The notes under the pieces are model-generated. The model worked only from the letters and a program-made list of their open reading frames with translations. It had not been told where the DNA came from and did not search any database. From positions 186,001 to 250,000 of the forward strand of contig NMRA01000055.1 of assembly GCA_002633005.1 (NCBI GenBank): 64,000 nt of DNA, written 5' to 3'. Below, in pieces: positions 29,000-41,461 of the stretch. The first letter of the stretch is position 1. The number at the start of each line of letters is the position of its first letter. Position numbers and translations under genes: made by a program. Source of the stretch: Phoronis australis. Its lineage: Eukaryota; Animalia; Phoronida.

Positions 29000-29159
29000 T
29001 AAAAACAGAAAAAATTCCTGGGCGAGAGGGGGCAAACCCCCTCCCGACCTCCCCCCGTTCGGTGCTATGCGCATCTACAATCGTGGTTCGGTTTGCGCAA
29101 ATGCTTCAGGCCGGACAAAATGTTGGGCCCCCCCTTGTGATATCCTAGATCCGCCACTG
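29000..29159 (-). mobile_element. hAT-like element terminus (CAGTGGCGGATCTAGGA...)
   Basis: About 45 bp near-identical to 11902-11946; the other end was not found. Confidence 0.5.
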
Positions 29160-31644
29160 TAATGGGTCATATCTGTAGCTACTTGTATCACTGAAACATT
29201 GTATCAAACTGGAATAGGGTGTAAGGCAATTTGCTTCCTCACAAAACGCCTTAACAAGAACAGTGCTGTTTTCTAGCATTAAAGCAAAATTACGATTCAA
29301 GAAATAAATATTTGGCATAGAGAACTTCAGGAAGTACATTAAATGGATTGAACAAGAAAACATCAGGTTGTCAAATGTCTCAATTGAAGTCAAAAATTTT
29401 TTGAGCCACCCAATACATACATAACATTTTCTGAATGGCATGCGTTAAGCATGATTTAGGTGCAATAAGAACTTGTATTTGTACATATGGCTCCAGATTT
29501 CAGTGACATGAATTTTAGTTTTAGTCATCAGTTTCGAGTAAGTTTTTACTTGTCCAAAGATATTCATCAGCTTGATAACACATTGTAATTCAGTTTTTTA
29601 TTTATTTATTTATTTAAATGTCTTTTAAAAAGACTGACTGACAACTTCAGCGACTGATTTTCAAGCTATGTACAATACGAGGAATAAACAAGATAAAATA
29701 GAGTAAAATAATGATGAGTTGAGGCCTACAGTCCCCAACCGTGCACAGTCCCAGTGTTTCTGTTTGAAAAGGTGGATATTGGGTGCGGTCGTGACTGTAG
29801 TCCACAGTCCGTTATAAGCAATATTACCTCTGTAAGCAAAAGAACAGAGCCACAGTTGTTTTTAGGTTTATCTGGCACCAGGCAACCAGAAACAACTTGC
29901 TCTAGTACTGTAATTGTGAGTGTGACGGGAGCGCCGTCTATTGATGGAGTCGTGAGTGAAGACAAGTCGTCAGTTTAGTTTCAGAAGCTAGAGTGTGTTA
30001 TATTTTAAAGGGGTGTAAGATGGTCAATTCCTTATATGGAACTTCCGATGATGAAATTTTTAGTTCTATTTTGATTGGTTTTTACATTTAACTTGAGACC
30101 CCTATTTTAGCGTAATTTGGAACATTCGCAGTGTGAATAAGCCTATAAAAATGGGCCCCTCACGCTAAAACTTCGTATTCTGCCGGGTCTCAACTCTATC
30201 CGCAAGGAATCTCAACCAAGCAAACTAACTGTTTGGTCCTTTTAAATTTGGACTTTGACATTTGTCAGCGAATTCTTCTTGTTTATAAATTCTTTGGATT
30301 ATAAGTCAAAGCTGCAATGTTGACGGAAGTTAGCGATGAGTTGTAAGTTTGTAGATTTGTGTTTCATATTTATTGCATAATACAACTCAGTATATTTATC
30401 ATCATCTCTCTTGTTTCACTCTCTATAAGTTGTCACCATGGTTCTCTCGTATGCGATTCGAACGAGTGAAAAAGTACACAACGCTGCAAATATTTTTATC
30501 GGCTACAAACGGTGGACAGAAACTAAGTAGATCGGTGCTGGTCACTCCACCGATTCTCGTTACAGTGAGAATCTCCGACTACTTTGAATTTTTTAATACG
30601 TTTATTGTATTTGCAACCATAACATCTAAAAGAAACAATATAAATATTACCCCTACAGCTGGGGTGTAAATACACAAGCGTTATTTCAATAAAGAACATG
30701 CACACACCCCATTCACAGTACCTGAATCGACTAGTCACACATGTCATTATTAGATTGTTAGACAAAAAGTCCTTCTACAGGGATCCATCTTGTTATTAAA
30801 TGTTCATAATTCAGGCTTTAGTAGTAAATTGCCTTTTTATGTTATAATATTCAAACATTTCATTTTTCAGCCACTGACTTCCATGAATTTAGTATTAGTA
30901 CTGACTAGTCGGATGTAGCGGTCCCACTTTAAACCACCATAACTTCTTCAGAGTGTAATATAAAATCATAATTTTAGCACCATGTGTTCAAGAGATGTGT
31001 AGAAATTGTTCTGTGTATTTCTTTTTGCCATATCCTTATTCAATGTTAATTAATCGATTTTGAAGTTAACGTTTTTTGCCGAGTTGCCTTGTGTAGCAGT
31101 GGTCACTGTGTCTAGCCCAGACAGGGACAGGACAGACTCAGAGCTCGCGACGCCCACTTCCACCAAAACAAGCTAAGATACACATATAAACAACTCTAAA
31201 GTGGACAATAAAAATAACGTGCCTTAAACTCACACATTCGGTGCCCACCTAAATAGATTGACAAAACTTGGTTAAAGTTTACTTACGACTTTCGCAGGCG
31301 CGTGTCAAACTTGGCAGGAAAAGGAACACTGAATGTTTATACTCTAACGAAAATACGTTTTCGACGAAACCAAGATTCAAGAAGTTTTATAACGGCGGAG
31401 AACAGATTAACATTAGCCAGTTGGGCTATTTCTACGACATTAAATTTAACAGAAAACATGAAGAAAATGGAACTTAAGCTAGAGGTGGAGAATAACACAG
31501 AGATATAATTGTAAATAAAATTAAAGTTGTAGTAATCACTAAACTATATACTAGCTAGGGTCAAATGAGCATCATAAACAATAATGGGTACACGTGTAAA
31601 TGCTATAATCTAGATAAATCATAAAAGAAACGAGTGTATACACT

Positions 31645-31935
31645 AATTACAGCATAACCTGGAGTGTTTACAAAGAGAACAGCTGCATTTAGGGCCAGTC
31701 CAGGTCCGAATCAGTACACGGAAAATGGTGAAAGACTCTCAGTTGTGCGCAACAGATTCGGTAGACTGTTCCACGCAGACCCGAGCCGCCTCGACGCGAA
31801 CTGAAAAGATTGTTTTCCATATAAACAAATTTAACTTGAGGAAAAGCTAGAAGGTTGCTGTAGCGAAAGGAGTAATTGTTTTCTTGCTTCTTTACAAGTG
31901 AAGAAAGTGTCTTGGGTGATTCACCACGAAGGATT
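31645..31935 (-). mobile_element. CR1/L2-group LINE ORF2 C-terminal fragment
   Basis: The - strand gives YGKQSF...WNSLPNLLRTTES...LIRTWTGPKCSCSLCK with frameshifts. Confidence 0.7.
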
Positions 31936-32524
31936 CACCAGGAAACCGCAGGACTATCCAGTGAGGAAGTGCGAAAAAATGCACGACTGAAAGAAGTTCG
32001 AGAGAACAGTCTTCCTCGCTCACGTAGGCGTCCTCAAAACTGAGTACTCAGTGTTCTCACACTTTTTCTAGACAGCACTGTGCTTCGTCGGACGATCACA
32101 GTGTTTCTCACGAGCCGCACGCGGGGGAAACTGAACCCAAAGGCTCCTCCGTCAGCTCAGTTCTGGTCGTCCCCAATACACTATAACCGCCAAAACAGTG
32201 CACTTTTTCTTTGTGTGCCTCTATTGCAATAGACTAGAGTCATTGAAGCAACTTGTTCATTTTTTAATGAAACGGTTTTCAAAATAGATGGGAATCATGA
32301 TAGAACTGCATGATAGTGGCGGTACCGTTGCATACTGACTGAGGAGTGTAGTACAGGCGCAAATTCTATAGGTAGGGCTACACTCCTTGGGGCAAGTTGA
32401 GGCTGGATGCCGGTAAGCAGCAGACCAAAAATTGTGTCATCTAGAATCAGGAAACAATTCATGAGATATTTTCATCTGCATCATCCTATTTGGCAATCTT
32501 AGTCCCAAAACGACGGGAAAACCG

Positions 32525-33367
32525 TGTGGGAGAAAAAATCTAATTCCGGAGCTGAGTGGTGTGTACGACCAATTGCAAGGACTACGATGGAATTAGTCTC
32601 CACCCGAGATACATTCATAAGCAAAACCGAAAACTGCATCCAAATGGCACGTGCACATCCAGATGCATCCAACAAAGTTAGCCTACAGGCAAGAATTGAA
32701 CATGAACGTTGAGTCGTTGTGCGCAATTACCGCGAGACATCTCCGTCGTTAGATTCAGTTCAATGATATAACCTCGTTAGTCAAGGCAACATTGTTAGTG
32801 CCGAAAAACAAGATTTTCAATTGAAAACGGAGCCGTGCCAGCCAAAAAAGACTCCTGTGTTCCCGATGATCGGACAAAAACGGCTTGACTGTCTCCAACA
32901 AGTGTTTTTTTCCACACGTCCTCTCGGGTGGTATACCGTACTATGNTGTGGGAGAAAAAATCTAATTCCGGAGTTGAGTGGTGTATACGACCAATTGCAA
33001 GGACTACGATGGAATTAGTCTCCACCCGAGATACATTCATAAGCAAAACCGAAAACTGCATCCTAATGGCACGTGCACATCCAGATGCATCCAACAAAGT
33101 TAGCCTACAGGCAAGAATTGAACATGAACGTTGAGTCGTTGTGCGCAATTACCGCGAGACATCTCCGTCGTTAGATTCAGTTCAATGATATAACCTCGTT
33201 AGTCAAGGCAACATTGTTAGTGCCGAAAAACAAGATTTTCAATTGAAAACGGAGCCGTGCCAGCCAAAAAAGACTCCTGTGTTCCCGATGATCGGACAAA
33301 AACGGCTTGACTGTCTCCAACAAGTGTTTTTTTCCACACGTCCTCTCGGGTGGTATACCGTACTATG
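32525..33367. other. 421-bp direct duplication abutting a single N (32946): unmerged contig overlap
   Basis: 32525-32945 and 32947-33367 are identical except for 3 substitutions seen by eye, and both break exactly at the N. Confidence 0.9.
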
Positions 33368-35695
33368 GTCTGCATTCCGTGTCTGCTACGCCGCTTTTCC
33401 TTTTTGGTGTACTATGAGACTGGTATAGACTACAATGAAAAGGATTTTTAAAAAACGGAAATCTCGAGTTCCAGTATAAGTTTGGGAGGTTGAATCCAGC
33501 CTGGACTCCGAGGTATTCCAGGCGTGCGCGGCATGACAACACGAAAAGATGCATTCTGTTCAAGTACAAGTTGTGTCGGTTGTAAAACTACGACGTTGAA
33601 AAACTTAACATTTGAATGTGCAGTAGAGTTGTGCAGTTAGGCCTGTGGATTTGTAAGGATCGAATAGGGGAGTAAGAGAGGCATGGAACGCGAAAGCTAA
33701 CCTGATCGTCAAAAATATCTTTCAAATAATTGACGAAAGCACCATCTCGCAGTGTTCCCTACGGAGTTATTCACTTTCCCCTGTGAGGGAATTCCAAAAA
33801 CTCACAAAATTTACGAGTTTTGAAATCCACGCTAAGGAAAAACTCTGTAGTCACCACAGAGTTTCTAATCCCCCTACTTATGCTAAATGTGCGCATGACA
33901 AGAAAGACATTAATTAACGTAGATTATCACAAGAGATCGCACTTCAAATCCAAGGTAGATACCACAGCATGTAAATTTTAGAATATATTTGAATACTACG
34001 ATATCTTTGTAATTGATTTTAAACCTCAATTGCCTCTTAATCCTGCTACTCTTTGAAGTAGTCATTATTATGTTTACATCAAATGTCAAAGGTCACATGC
34101 TCCATATAAGAGCAATGTGATACGTCTATGTCTTGCCATACTAAATAAGGAGACGTGCTTTGTTTTATGGGTGAAAATCGACGAAGTGACGAGTAGGTGA
34201 TAGGTTGTTTTTTGAAATTTGAAACTAAAAAATGCTTTGACATCAACAGAAATTCAAAATCTTTACGAAAAAACCGTAAAAATATCTTGTGACCCAGTTG
34301 AATTCTGTTTCAGAGACAGAGAACAACTACGAACAATGCAATTTAGTCTGTTTTTCGCGTTCCAGGCCTATTTAATTTTCCTTTGAAAGCATTGAAATAG
34401 GCCTACATTGTGTGGGAATCTAATCCCTCATTTGAATTCAAATAAACTTTTGGGAAATATCACAAACTGTTTGCAAACTAAATAAACTTGTCGTAAGTTA
34501 CCCCGCGCAAAGTGCCTACTTGATACCGATTTCCGCCTTACTGTACATCATCGTAATCAATATTAAACCGTTAGTACAACTTTGTCGGTAACTTCATCCA
34601 GAAAGATTTAATACCAAATTCAACGAAAAACTTTGCAAATTTCCTTAATGAAAACAACTGAGATGATTTTTAAATACATCACTGGTTTTATCTGTATGAT
34701 AGGCCCCCATATTCAAGCTTCTGTTCTGTCACCACACGTTGGCACAATTTTGTCATAGGTCATTTGTTACAGAAACAAAATGAGCTTGTAAATGTTAGCA
34801 AGCGATATCCACATGATTTGGGAAGACAACATCTGATGAAAAATTCGTTGCTGGGTGATTACACGTAGTAGCCTACCATTGACGCCGATGCACACTCAAA
34901 CCTATTGAAATCTCTCGAAATGTGTTTACATTAAAAGGTTGAAAAACGTTCAGTAACTATGGCGGTTATGATAAACCTAGATTATTCAAAGATTCAAGGA
35001 AACTGTGACTGTTTAACGACAAGTGACTTCATTACGTTCCAGGCAACAAATACACGAAAAACTTATTTAACCTCTCTTCAGCAAAGTACATCTCTGAGAA
35101 ATGAATATACTGTATCCATTATTGCTAATCGAACGGATAATTTTGCATAAGTTATTGCTAAACTATGATAAGCAAACAACTGTAGGACAAAAAGAACTTC
35201 ATTCAGTAAATATCAAAGTGTAACATGCTGCGCCGCCCATGTGTAAACCTAAGAAAACAAAATCAACCGAGCCATTTCATGATTGAAGCGAGCCCCAGGG
35301 TTATGCTCAATAGGACATATTTCTCAAGAATTTGGCGATACAGGGGGTGGAAACGATTTTACGGCTGCGCCTCGAAATTTCAACTGCCATTTCCAAAACC
35401 TACTCCCAGAACAGCAAACTCGCTGAACAAATTCCATGCTCACTCTCCAAAATTCCACATGCGCACCTAAAAATCCCCACTTGGTGCCCACAAACTCCAG
35501 TCATTCCCTTACCTTAGAAAAGTAATCATAGTCAGATAAAAGCAACGTGTAGTAAAACATTGAAAAATGACTTGCTCAATGGATTGAAGGCATTTTCGTT
35601 TAGCAGAAAATTTTTAGATTAAGTCTGTTCAGCATACATCCACCTAAAACTTGTCAAGTACTCCATGCTCAAACTAGAAGACGTCTTTTGAGTCG

Positions 35696-35709
35696 GTTAC
35701 TATAGTAAC
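35696..35709. promoter_or_regulatory. RFX X-box-like perfect palindrome GTTACTATAGTAAC upstream of the GPCR
   Basis: Fits the relaxed X-box consensus RYYNYYWWRRNRAC. It lies about 465 bp 5' of the ATG and is followed by an NRF1-like CGCACACGCGCGCACG stretch. Confidence 0.4.
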
Positions 35710-36173
35710 AGCCTTACGCACACGCGCGCACGCCTCTGTTTGTCATACAGAAATAATCAGCAGCATGATGATCGAACTACGGGCAAATCCGACAGATAAG
35801 CACAAGGCTGCGTAAAATCACGAACCAAGGTAGTGAGACAATGTTTGGACTGTTTGTGAAATGTTTGTGCGTTTTCTATCAACATTAGGATAACGCGCAA
35901 ACAATGAACAGTTATTTTTAGTGTTTGTTTTGGTTGTTTGAGTTCGTTAACATTTTGATCAAAGGATAAGAAAGATCAGTGCCCGCACTTTGGACATATC
36001 TGTAACAGAACTACGGTCAACGCGTGACGGTGACGGTGACCGGGCGTATAGGTCATGGACAGCGATTTTTTAAGAAATCTAGAGCCTACATAAAAATCGC
36101 GAATTGCGGACTGAACAAAAAAAAGGAGGTGGGTATTGGGCATTATATTAAAGGCTGGGAACGACACACTAAC

Positions 36174-37466
36174 ATGAATATCTTGGAACACGGTCTGAAC
36201 TCGACTGAAAATTCAACTGCGTGGCCGTCCAATAAGACTGAGAGGCTGTCGGGGACCCTGTCTGCCACGGAAATTGTAGCTATTGTAATAGTCGGTGCCA
36301 TGGTACCATTTATTTGCGTAGGTAATGTTTTGGTGATTATTGTTGTTATACGATTCAAGCGTTTACAGATTCCGACGAATTTCTTCATCGTTTCGCTTGC
36401 GTTTACAGACATTCTTATAGGCATGACAATCCCGTTTGTGACGGCAACGGAACTTCTCAGAAATGCGATCCAAGACTGGTTCTTGTGTGTTCTACCCAAG
36501 TGTGCCATTGTGGCCATGTGTGCAGTTTCTGTGCTGAATCTAACTGCCATTGCATGGGACAGACATTTAGCAGTTGCAAATCCACTTGAGTATGCAACTA
36601 TGCTAAATTTACCAAAAATAGCCACGATTATAACACTGAGTTGGATATATTCTGTGGCACTTGCATTGTCACCCTTCATGGGCTGGTACGGCGATCCGTA
36701 TCCATTGAACGAATGTGACTTTAAGGCCATACCCAAGAGCGCAATCATTGTTATACTGTGTGCACTCTTTGTACCAGCCTGTTTGGTAATATTCTTCTGC
36801 TACTTTCGCATATATATGGTTGCTAGGCACCACGCGCGAGCTATAGCAGCCATTGAGATTTCAATTCGACAAAATTTGGAGATGCATTTCTTTATCAAAG
36901 ACACAAAATACGCCAAGACTTTGGCTCTTGTCATCGGCGTGTTCCTTTTACTGTGGCTGCCTGTTGGAATATGCGTCATCCTTCACATTGCAGGCAGTGT
37001 AAATGTAGATACTTGGATCATCAATTTAATGTCGAGTCTAGCTTTCTTAAACAGTGGAATTAACCCGTGGATTTATGCTTACAAGAACAAGGACTTTCGG
37101 GCTGCTTACAAAAGATTGTTCAGAGAGTTTGAGAGTTGTTGTTGTCCTGCAAGAATCAATAGTATTCGCACAAGTCCTAACGTCAGCGGAGTCCATGACA
37201 GCACAAGCGGACTTAGTAGGACTAACAGTGTTATTTCCGGGATGGACTTGAGAAGGTTGAGGATGTACGGGGCACGAAACAGTTTAGCTGACGACGGCAC
37301 ATCAATTCACACGACACAAACCAAGTCTAGCGTGTGTGACATGACCAACAATTTATGTATCCAGCAAAGAAAAGATTCTAAAAAAGTGATGTGGACTGAG
37401 GACACGTCGGCGAAAACTTGTGAAAAAGATGACGAAGATGAGTCGCGAGGAACAAACGACTGGTGA
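36174..37466 (+). CDS. Intronless rhodopsin-like (class A) GPCR, 430 aa, orphan; adenosine-receptor/GPR119-like architecture
   Basis: First in-frame ATG at 36174 (the track's 36024 start is a GTG). N-terminal NST, NST and NKT glycosylation sequons. Seven hydrophobic helices with GN (TM1), SLAFTD (TM2), C3.25 and DRH (TM3), W (TM4), FVP..Y (TM5), FLLLWLP (TM6), NSGINPWIY (TM7). Helix 8 KDFRAAY, CCC, then a Ser/Thr-rich tail. Confidence 0.93.
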   Translation: MNILEHGLNSTENSTAWPSNKTERLSGTLSATEIVAIVIVGAMVPFICVGNVLVIIVVIRFKRLQIPTNFFIVSLAFTDILIGMTIPFVTATELLRNAIQDWFLCVLPKCAIVAMCAVSVLNLTAIAWDRHLAVANPLEYATMLNLPKIATIITLSWIYSVALALSPFMGWYGDPYPLNECDFKAIPKSAIIVILCALFVPACLVIFFCYFRIYMVARHHARAIAAIEISIRQNLEMHFFIKDTKYAKTLALVIGVFLLLWLPVGICVILHIAGSVNVDTWIINLMSSLAFLNSGINPWIYAYKNKDFRAAYKRLFREFESCCCPARINSIRTSPNVSGVHDSTSGLSRTNSVISGMDLRRLRMYGARNSLADDGTSIHTTQTKSSVCDMTNNLCIQQRKDSKKVMWTEDTSAKTCEKDDEDESRGTNDW

Positions 37467-37784
37467 AGATTTAGTCGAAACGGAACACTCTTTCACTTGC
37501 TTATAAAATCTCCAGTAAAAGGTGAAAGTCAATCATTTTGTTTAATTTTATCAAACATACTAAACACTGGTTAGAGAAGTATTTTAGCGATAGCTACTGT
37601 TCTTCTGGAATATATTTCATAAAAATTATTTCATAAAGACTTGAACTGAAGTTTATTCTTGTGATCCACACTTTCAATTATTCTGAAAAATAATTAAATC
37701 TCGCTTTAACAAAAGTGCAAAGTCTCTGAGAATATACACATAACTGCAACTCACTAGGGTAATTTTTATAAATTATTTCTAGAA

Positions 37785-38027
37785 TGTGACGGCTCCTAAT
37801 TACTTGGCTAAGTGTGTGATGGCTCATAATTACTTGGCTAAGTGTGTGATGGCTCATAATTACTTGGCTAAGTGTGTGATGGCTCATAATAACTTGGCTA
37901 AGTGTGTGATGGCCCATAATTACTTGGCTAAGTGTGTGATGGCTCATAATTACTTGGCTAAGTGTGTGATGGCTTATAATTACTTGGCTAAGTGTGTAAT
38001 GGCTCATAATTACTTCTGGCTAAGTGT
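37785..38027. repeat. 30-bp minisatellite TGTGATGGCTCATAATTACTTGGCTAAGTG x8
   Basis: Directly visible; explains the repetitive ORFs at 37678-38046. Confidence 0.95.
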
Positions 38028-38959
38028 TTTTTTTTCAAAGATGTGAAGTGGGAGAGCCAAATTTCTCTCTTAAGTTTTAAAGTACATAAAGTCACCAATT
38101 TTATATCAAAAACACCATGAGTGCGCTAGGTGAAATAAAACACGGAAGCAAAACAGTTACGCCTATTGCTTGACTTCACAAATGTTACCAGGACAGTATT
38201 CACTGAGTTGAGCTGACGGTGCCACACGGCTGTGGAGCGGCGGGGGTGAAATGAGTGGCAACTGGGTAGATCATAGGCAATGGAAGAGAGAAACGCAAAA
38301 GCATGCTGGATATGGGGGTCGACTGGGAGCCTGAAGGTTTTGCAACAAACAGAGGGTGTCCTTTACGTGCACAGTTCATATGGACCGCGCCGTAGCTGAC
38401 ATACAAACTTGTCTATGATAATCAGAATTTTTGGTTTTCCTGTTTGACATGTTACTCAAGAAAAGTTCACTGTTAATTTCTACCTGGGCAGGATATAAAT
38501 TGCTTAATGAATAAAATCAAAGATATTTACGAATGTCGGCAGCCGTTGTAAACGGAAAAAATACCGGGCACGCGAACGCTTACTGGGCCACGTTCCACTA
38601 AATTATGTTAACTGACATTCACAAGGATTTATAAGTATAACACGTGACATTTTGAAATGTCACCGCATTGCTAGACTCATCCCTGTAAAATGCCAGATTT
38701 TTATTTTAACTTTTTATCTAAGAATAAGTCGTAGTGTAACCGTTATCGAACATTAATTGATCTAACGTGTTTCAGACATAATTTTGACACGGCGTGGATG
38801 AGCATATGTGCCTAGGATCTCAGAAATTTTCAACGAAATCAAGCCTAAAGTATGACGTCAGTTTTCTGAAAGTCAGTCACAGACAGTAGGAATATCCCCT
38901 GTCGGATATTTTGTAGGACTTGCGCACATAACAACATTTCTCATCGAAATCCGGCGAAT

Positions 38960-39610
38960 CTAAAAACGCCGATGATATGCGTTATGTCACTTCATTAGAA
39001 GTTTTTTTGAAAGGTTGGTCAACGTCCGATGAGAAATATAGAAGTTGCACATTAAAGACGCCAGGTGTTCCTATGCACATGCGTGAAAGTAAAGAACGGA
39101 CCATTCAAGACTGCACCATATGCACTAGGACACTTCATGATGATCAATGACACTCCTGAACTTTGGTCGAAAACAAATGTAGGAATTGCACCTGACGATA
39201 CGGTTGTCTGATTTCATACGTGTCCCAACATGAGTGAAAATCAAGAGCGGACCATAATTCAACTAAGGCAACGAAAACGCCGACGAAGTGCGTTCACTTC
39301 GTCAGAATGTTTTTTGATTGTTTGGTCGACATCCACTGAGAAATGCAAGAGTTCCGTTGCATACAAACGCGTGCATGAAAATCAAGAGCGGAACGGGCCA
39401 TAATTCAAAGAAATACGGTCGAATAGCAAAACGCCAACGACATGCACTATGGCACTTCGTAATAAAGTTTTTGAAAGTTTGATCGACATCACATGGGAAA
39501 TATTGGAGTTGTTACATAACATGTCTCTGCACGCCGAAGGGACAGACGCACGCACACTGAATGACGCCTTTGCCAGCTCAGTATCCAACGCCTTCCACGG
39601 GAGACAAAAA
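38960..39610. repeat. Second HINE-like family member with degenerate internal repeats
   Basis: A block AAAACGCC.ACGA..TGC...CACTTCGT...TTTTTGA...TTGGTCGACATC...GAAAT recurs near 38963, 39274 and 39428; a GACAGACGCACGCAC microsatellite precedes the terminal A-run. Confidence 0.55.
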
Positions 39611-40199
39611 CACACCTCGCCAAAACCGCGCTAGCTTATAAACTGAAGTAACATATTTTTACTGAGGTACATGTAAGTCATATACTATTCATTTGGTACA
39701 CGATCCTCCAGGAAGCAATCCTCATAGCTCTTAATTTCATTGCAATAAAGTTAACACACAGAGGTACTAGGAAGCGGGTTGCAGCCCCAACCCCCCACTA
39801 AAACAACCAAGCCAAGGCCAATAAAGCCAGACCGGGAGCGGGACCTTATATTAATGAGGGACATTTTAGCCACCCCTAAAGAAAACCAATGTAACAAGTA
39901 AGGTTATCGCAGACAGGATTTGGAGTGTTGTTGGGTTTTACTTTGTGCTGTTGGATTTTGTGCTCGCAGCTTTGAACATGTAAACCAGTGTCTGTTTAAT
40001 GGCTCTCTCCAGACAAAAATATTTTCTGAAACAAAAAAATATTTTCTGAAAAGCCAAAAAATATTCTACATTTGTTTTGAAATGTGGTATCATACTACCT
40101 TGAAACTACCTTTAATCGAGATTTTAATATTCGTGGTTTTCGACCCTCAGATCAACACATGGCTACACACCATCTGACCCACTAGTCTGATGGACAATA

Positions 40200-40545
40200 A
40201 AACGAGAGCGCTCGGAGGCGCGACACTTGGCGAAATTAACCGAAAACAAGACGATGGGGAGGACGACGACGATGATGACGATGAAGGTGGCAATTATGAA
40301 CAACATGATAACATTCATTTGACTAGCGAACAAATCAGTAAGAAATATCCTTCAGTCCTGTTCACGCACCCGGTAAAGTGACAACAGTGCAAGGGCGCTC
40401 GGACGAGCGACACTCGGCGACATTAAGCGAAAACAGGACGATGGGGAGGACGACGATCATGACGATGAAGACGGCGATTATGAACAACACCGTGACGATA
40501 ACATTCATGTGAGCTAGCGAAGAAATTACTAGGAAATAGACTGAA
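40200..40545. repeat. Two tandem units of about 190 bp with a GAC/GAT triplet core (short HINE-like)
   Basis: GCGCTCGGA..GCGACACT.GGCGA..TTAA.CGAAAACA.GACGATGGGGAGGACGACGA starts near 40208 and 40395. Confidence 0.75.
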
Positions 40546-40581
40546 GTCTTGTCCAATAGAAGCTAAACCAACATCAATGCA

Positions 40582-41404
40582 GCAAGAGCGCTCAACAAAG
40601 GAACAGCACCATCAGAAAATCTGGAATACCTCGAAAAGTAGATGTTCTAACGAAAAATGGAAAACATCTTCTGAAAGCCCGTTCAAGGCTCTATCTAAAT
40701 TGATAGTATCACAGTCCTGTAAATTTTTCGAAAAAATGAAATTTTGTGTTTTTTTAAGAAATTTTAGAGTCAAATAACTCGAAAACGGTTACACGTCATT
40801 TGAAAGATTATACTTCAAAGAATCCACATGCAAAAATTCACGTCATTCTCTCTTTCCCTTTAAAATGGCACTCCAGCACGACTGAAAACGGGTCAACATG
40901 CGCCAGATCCGCCATCTTGAAAGTGACTTCCGGGTTAACAAACTTTTATAATAACCAATCAAACGAAAGACACAGGTGACAAGATTGAAAATGATTGGTT
41001 CACCAATGCGCCCTCTACATTAGAAAACGTTTTCGGCCAGATATCGAGGTGTGCATGCGCCATGGCTAATATTTCCGCCATCTTTGACCAGAAGTTAATG
41101 ATTTACCGCGCAGTTGTAGTACTTGTGTTCTGTAATAATCGTACCAAGTTTCAGCTCTGTACGTTGAAAAATGCGGCCTCTATGAGCATTTGAATCTGAA
41201 ACCCTAAACAAAATGGCCACCACGTCCGCCATTTTGAATCCGATCATGACAAAAAACAATAGGCTTCCAAGACTTCCAGATCTACACGTCGTGTGCAAAT
41301 TTCGTGCGAGTCGGACGAAAGTGTAGAATGCGAACAAAAAAAAAACAAACTTGATGGCAGAGCAACATACTTGTCGGGATTTGAAGAATTCCGCCAAGTA
41401 AAAA
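40582..41404 (-). mobile_element. Third HINE-like element
   Basis: Starts GCAAGAGCGCTCAAC and ends with the hairpin TACTTGTCGGGATT-tgaag-AATTCCGCCAAGTA plus an A-run; internal CGCCATCTTG/CGCCATTTTG motifs. Confidence 0.5.
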
Positions 41405-41461
41405 CACCAAGCATTCCATGCTGTCATTATTGTTGTAAAGTATTTTGGTGAACAGTTTATA

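Noticed and set aside
36024-36173. 50-aa N-terminal extension of the GPCR from GTG
   Set aside because: Eukaryotic context; the ATG at 36174 gives a typical glycosylated N-terminus.
36143-36748. 201-aa antisense ORF
   Set aside because: Shadow of the GPCR coding strand; no recognisable motifs.
37678-38046. Repetitive ORFs on both strands
   Set aside because: Artefact of a 30-bp unit without stops in those frames.
40190-40381. Acidic poly-Asp ORF
   Set aside because: Comes from the GAC/GAT microsatellite core of a tandemly duplicated repeat.
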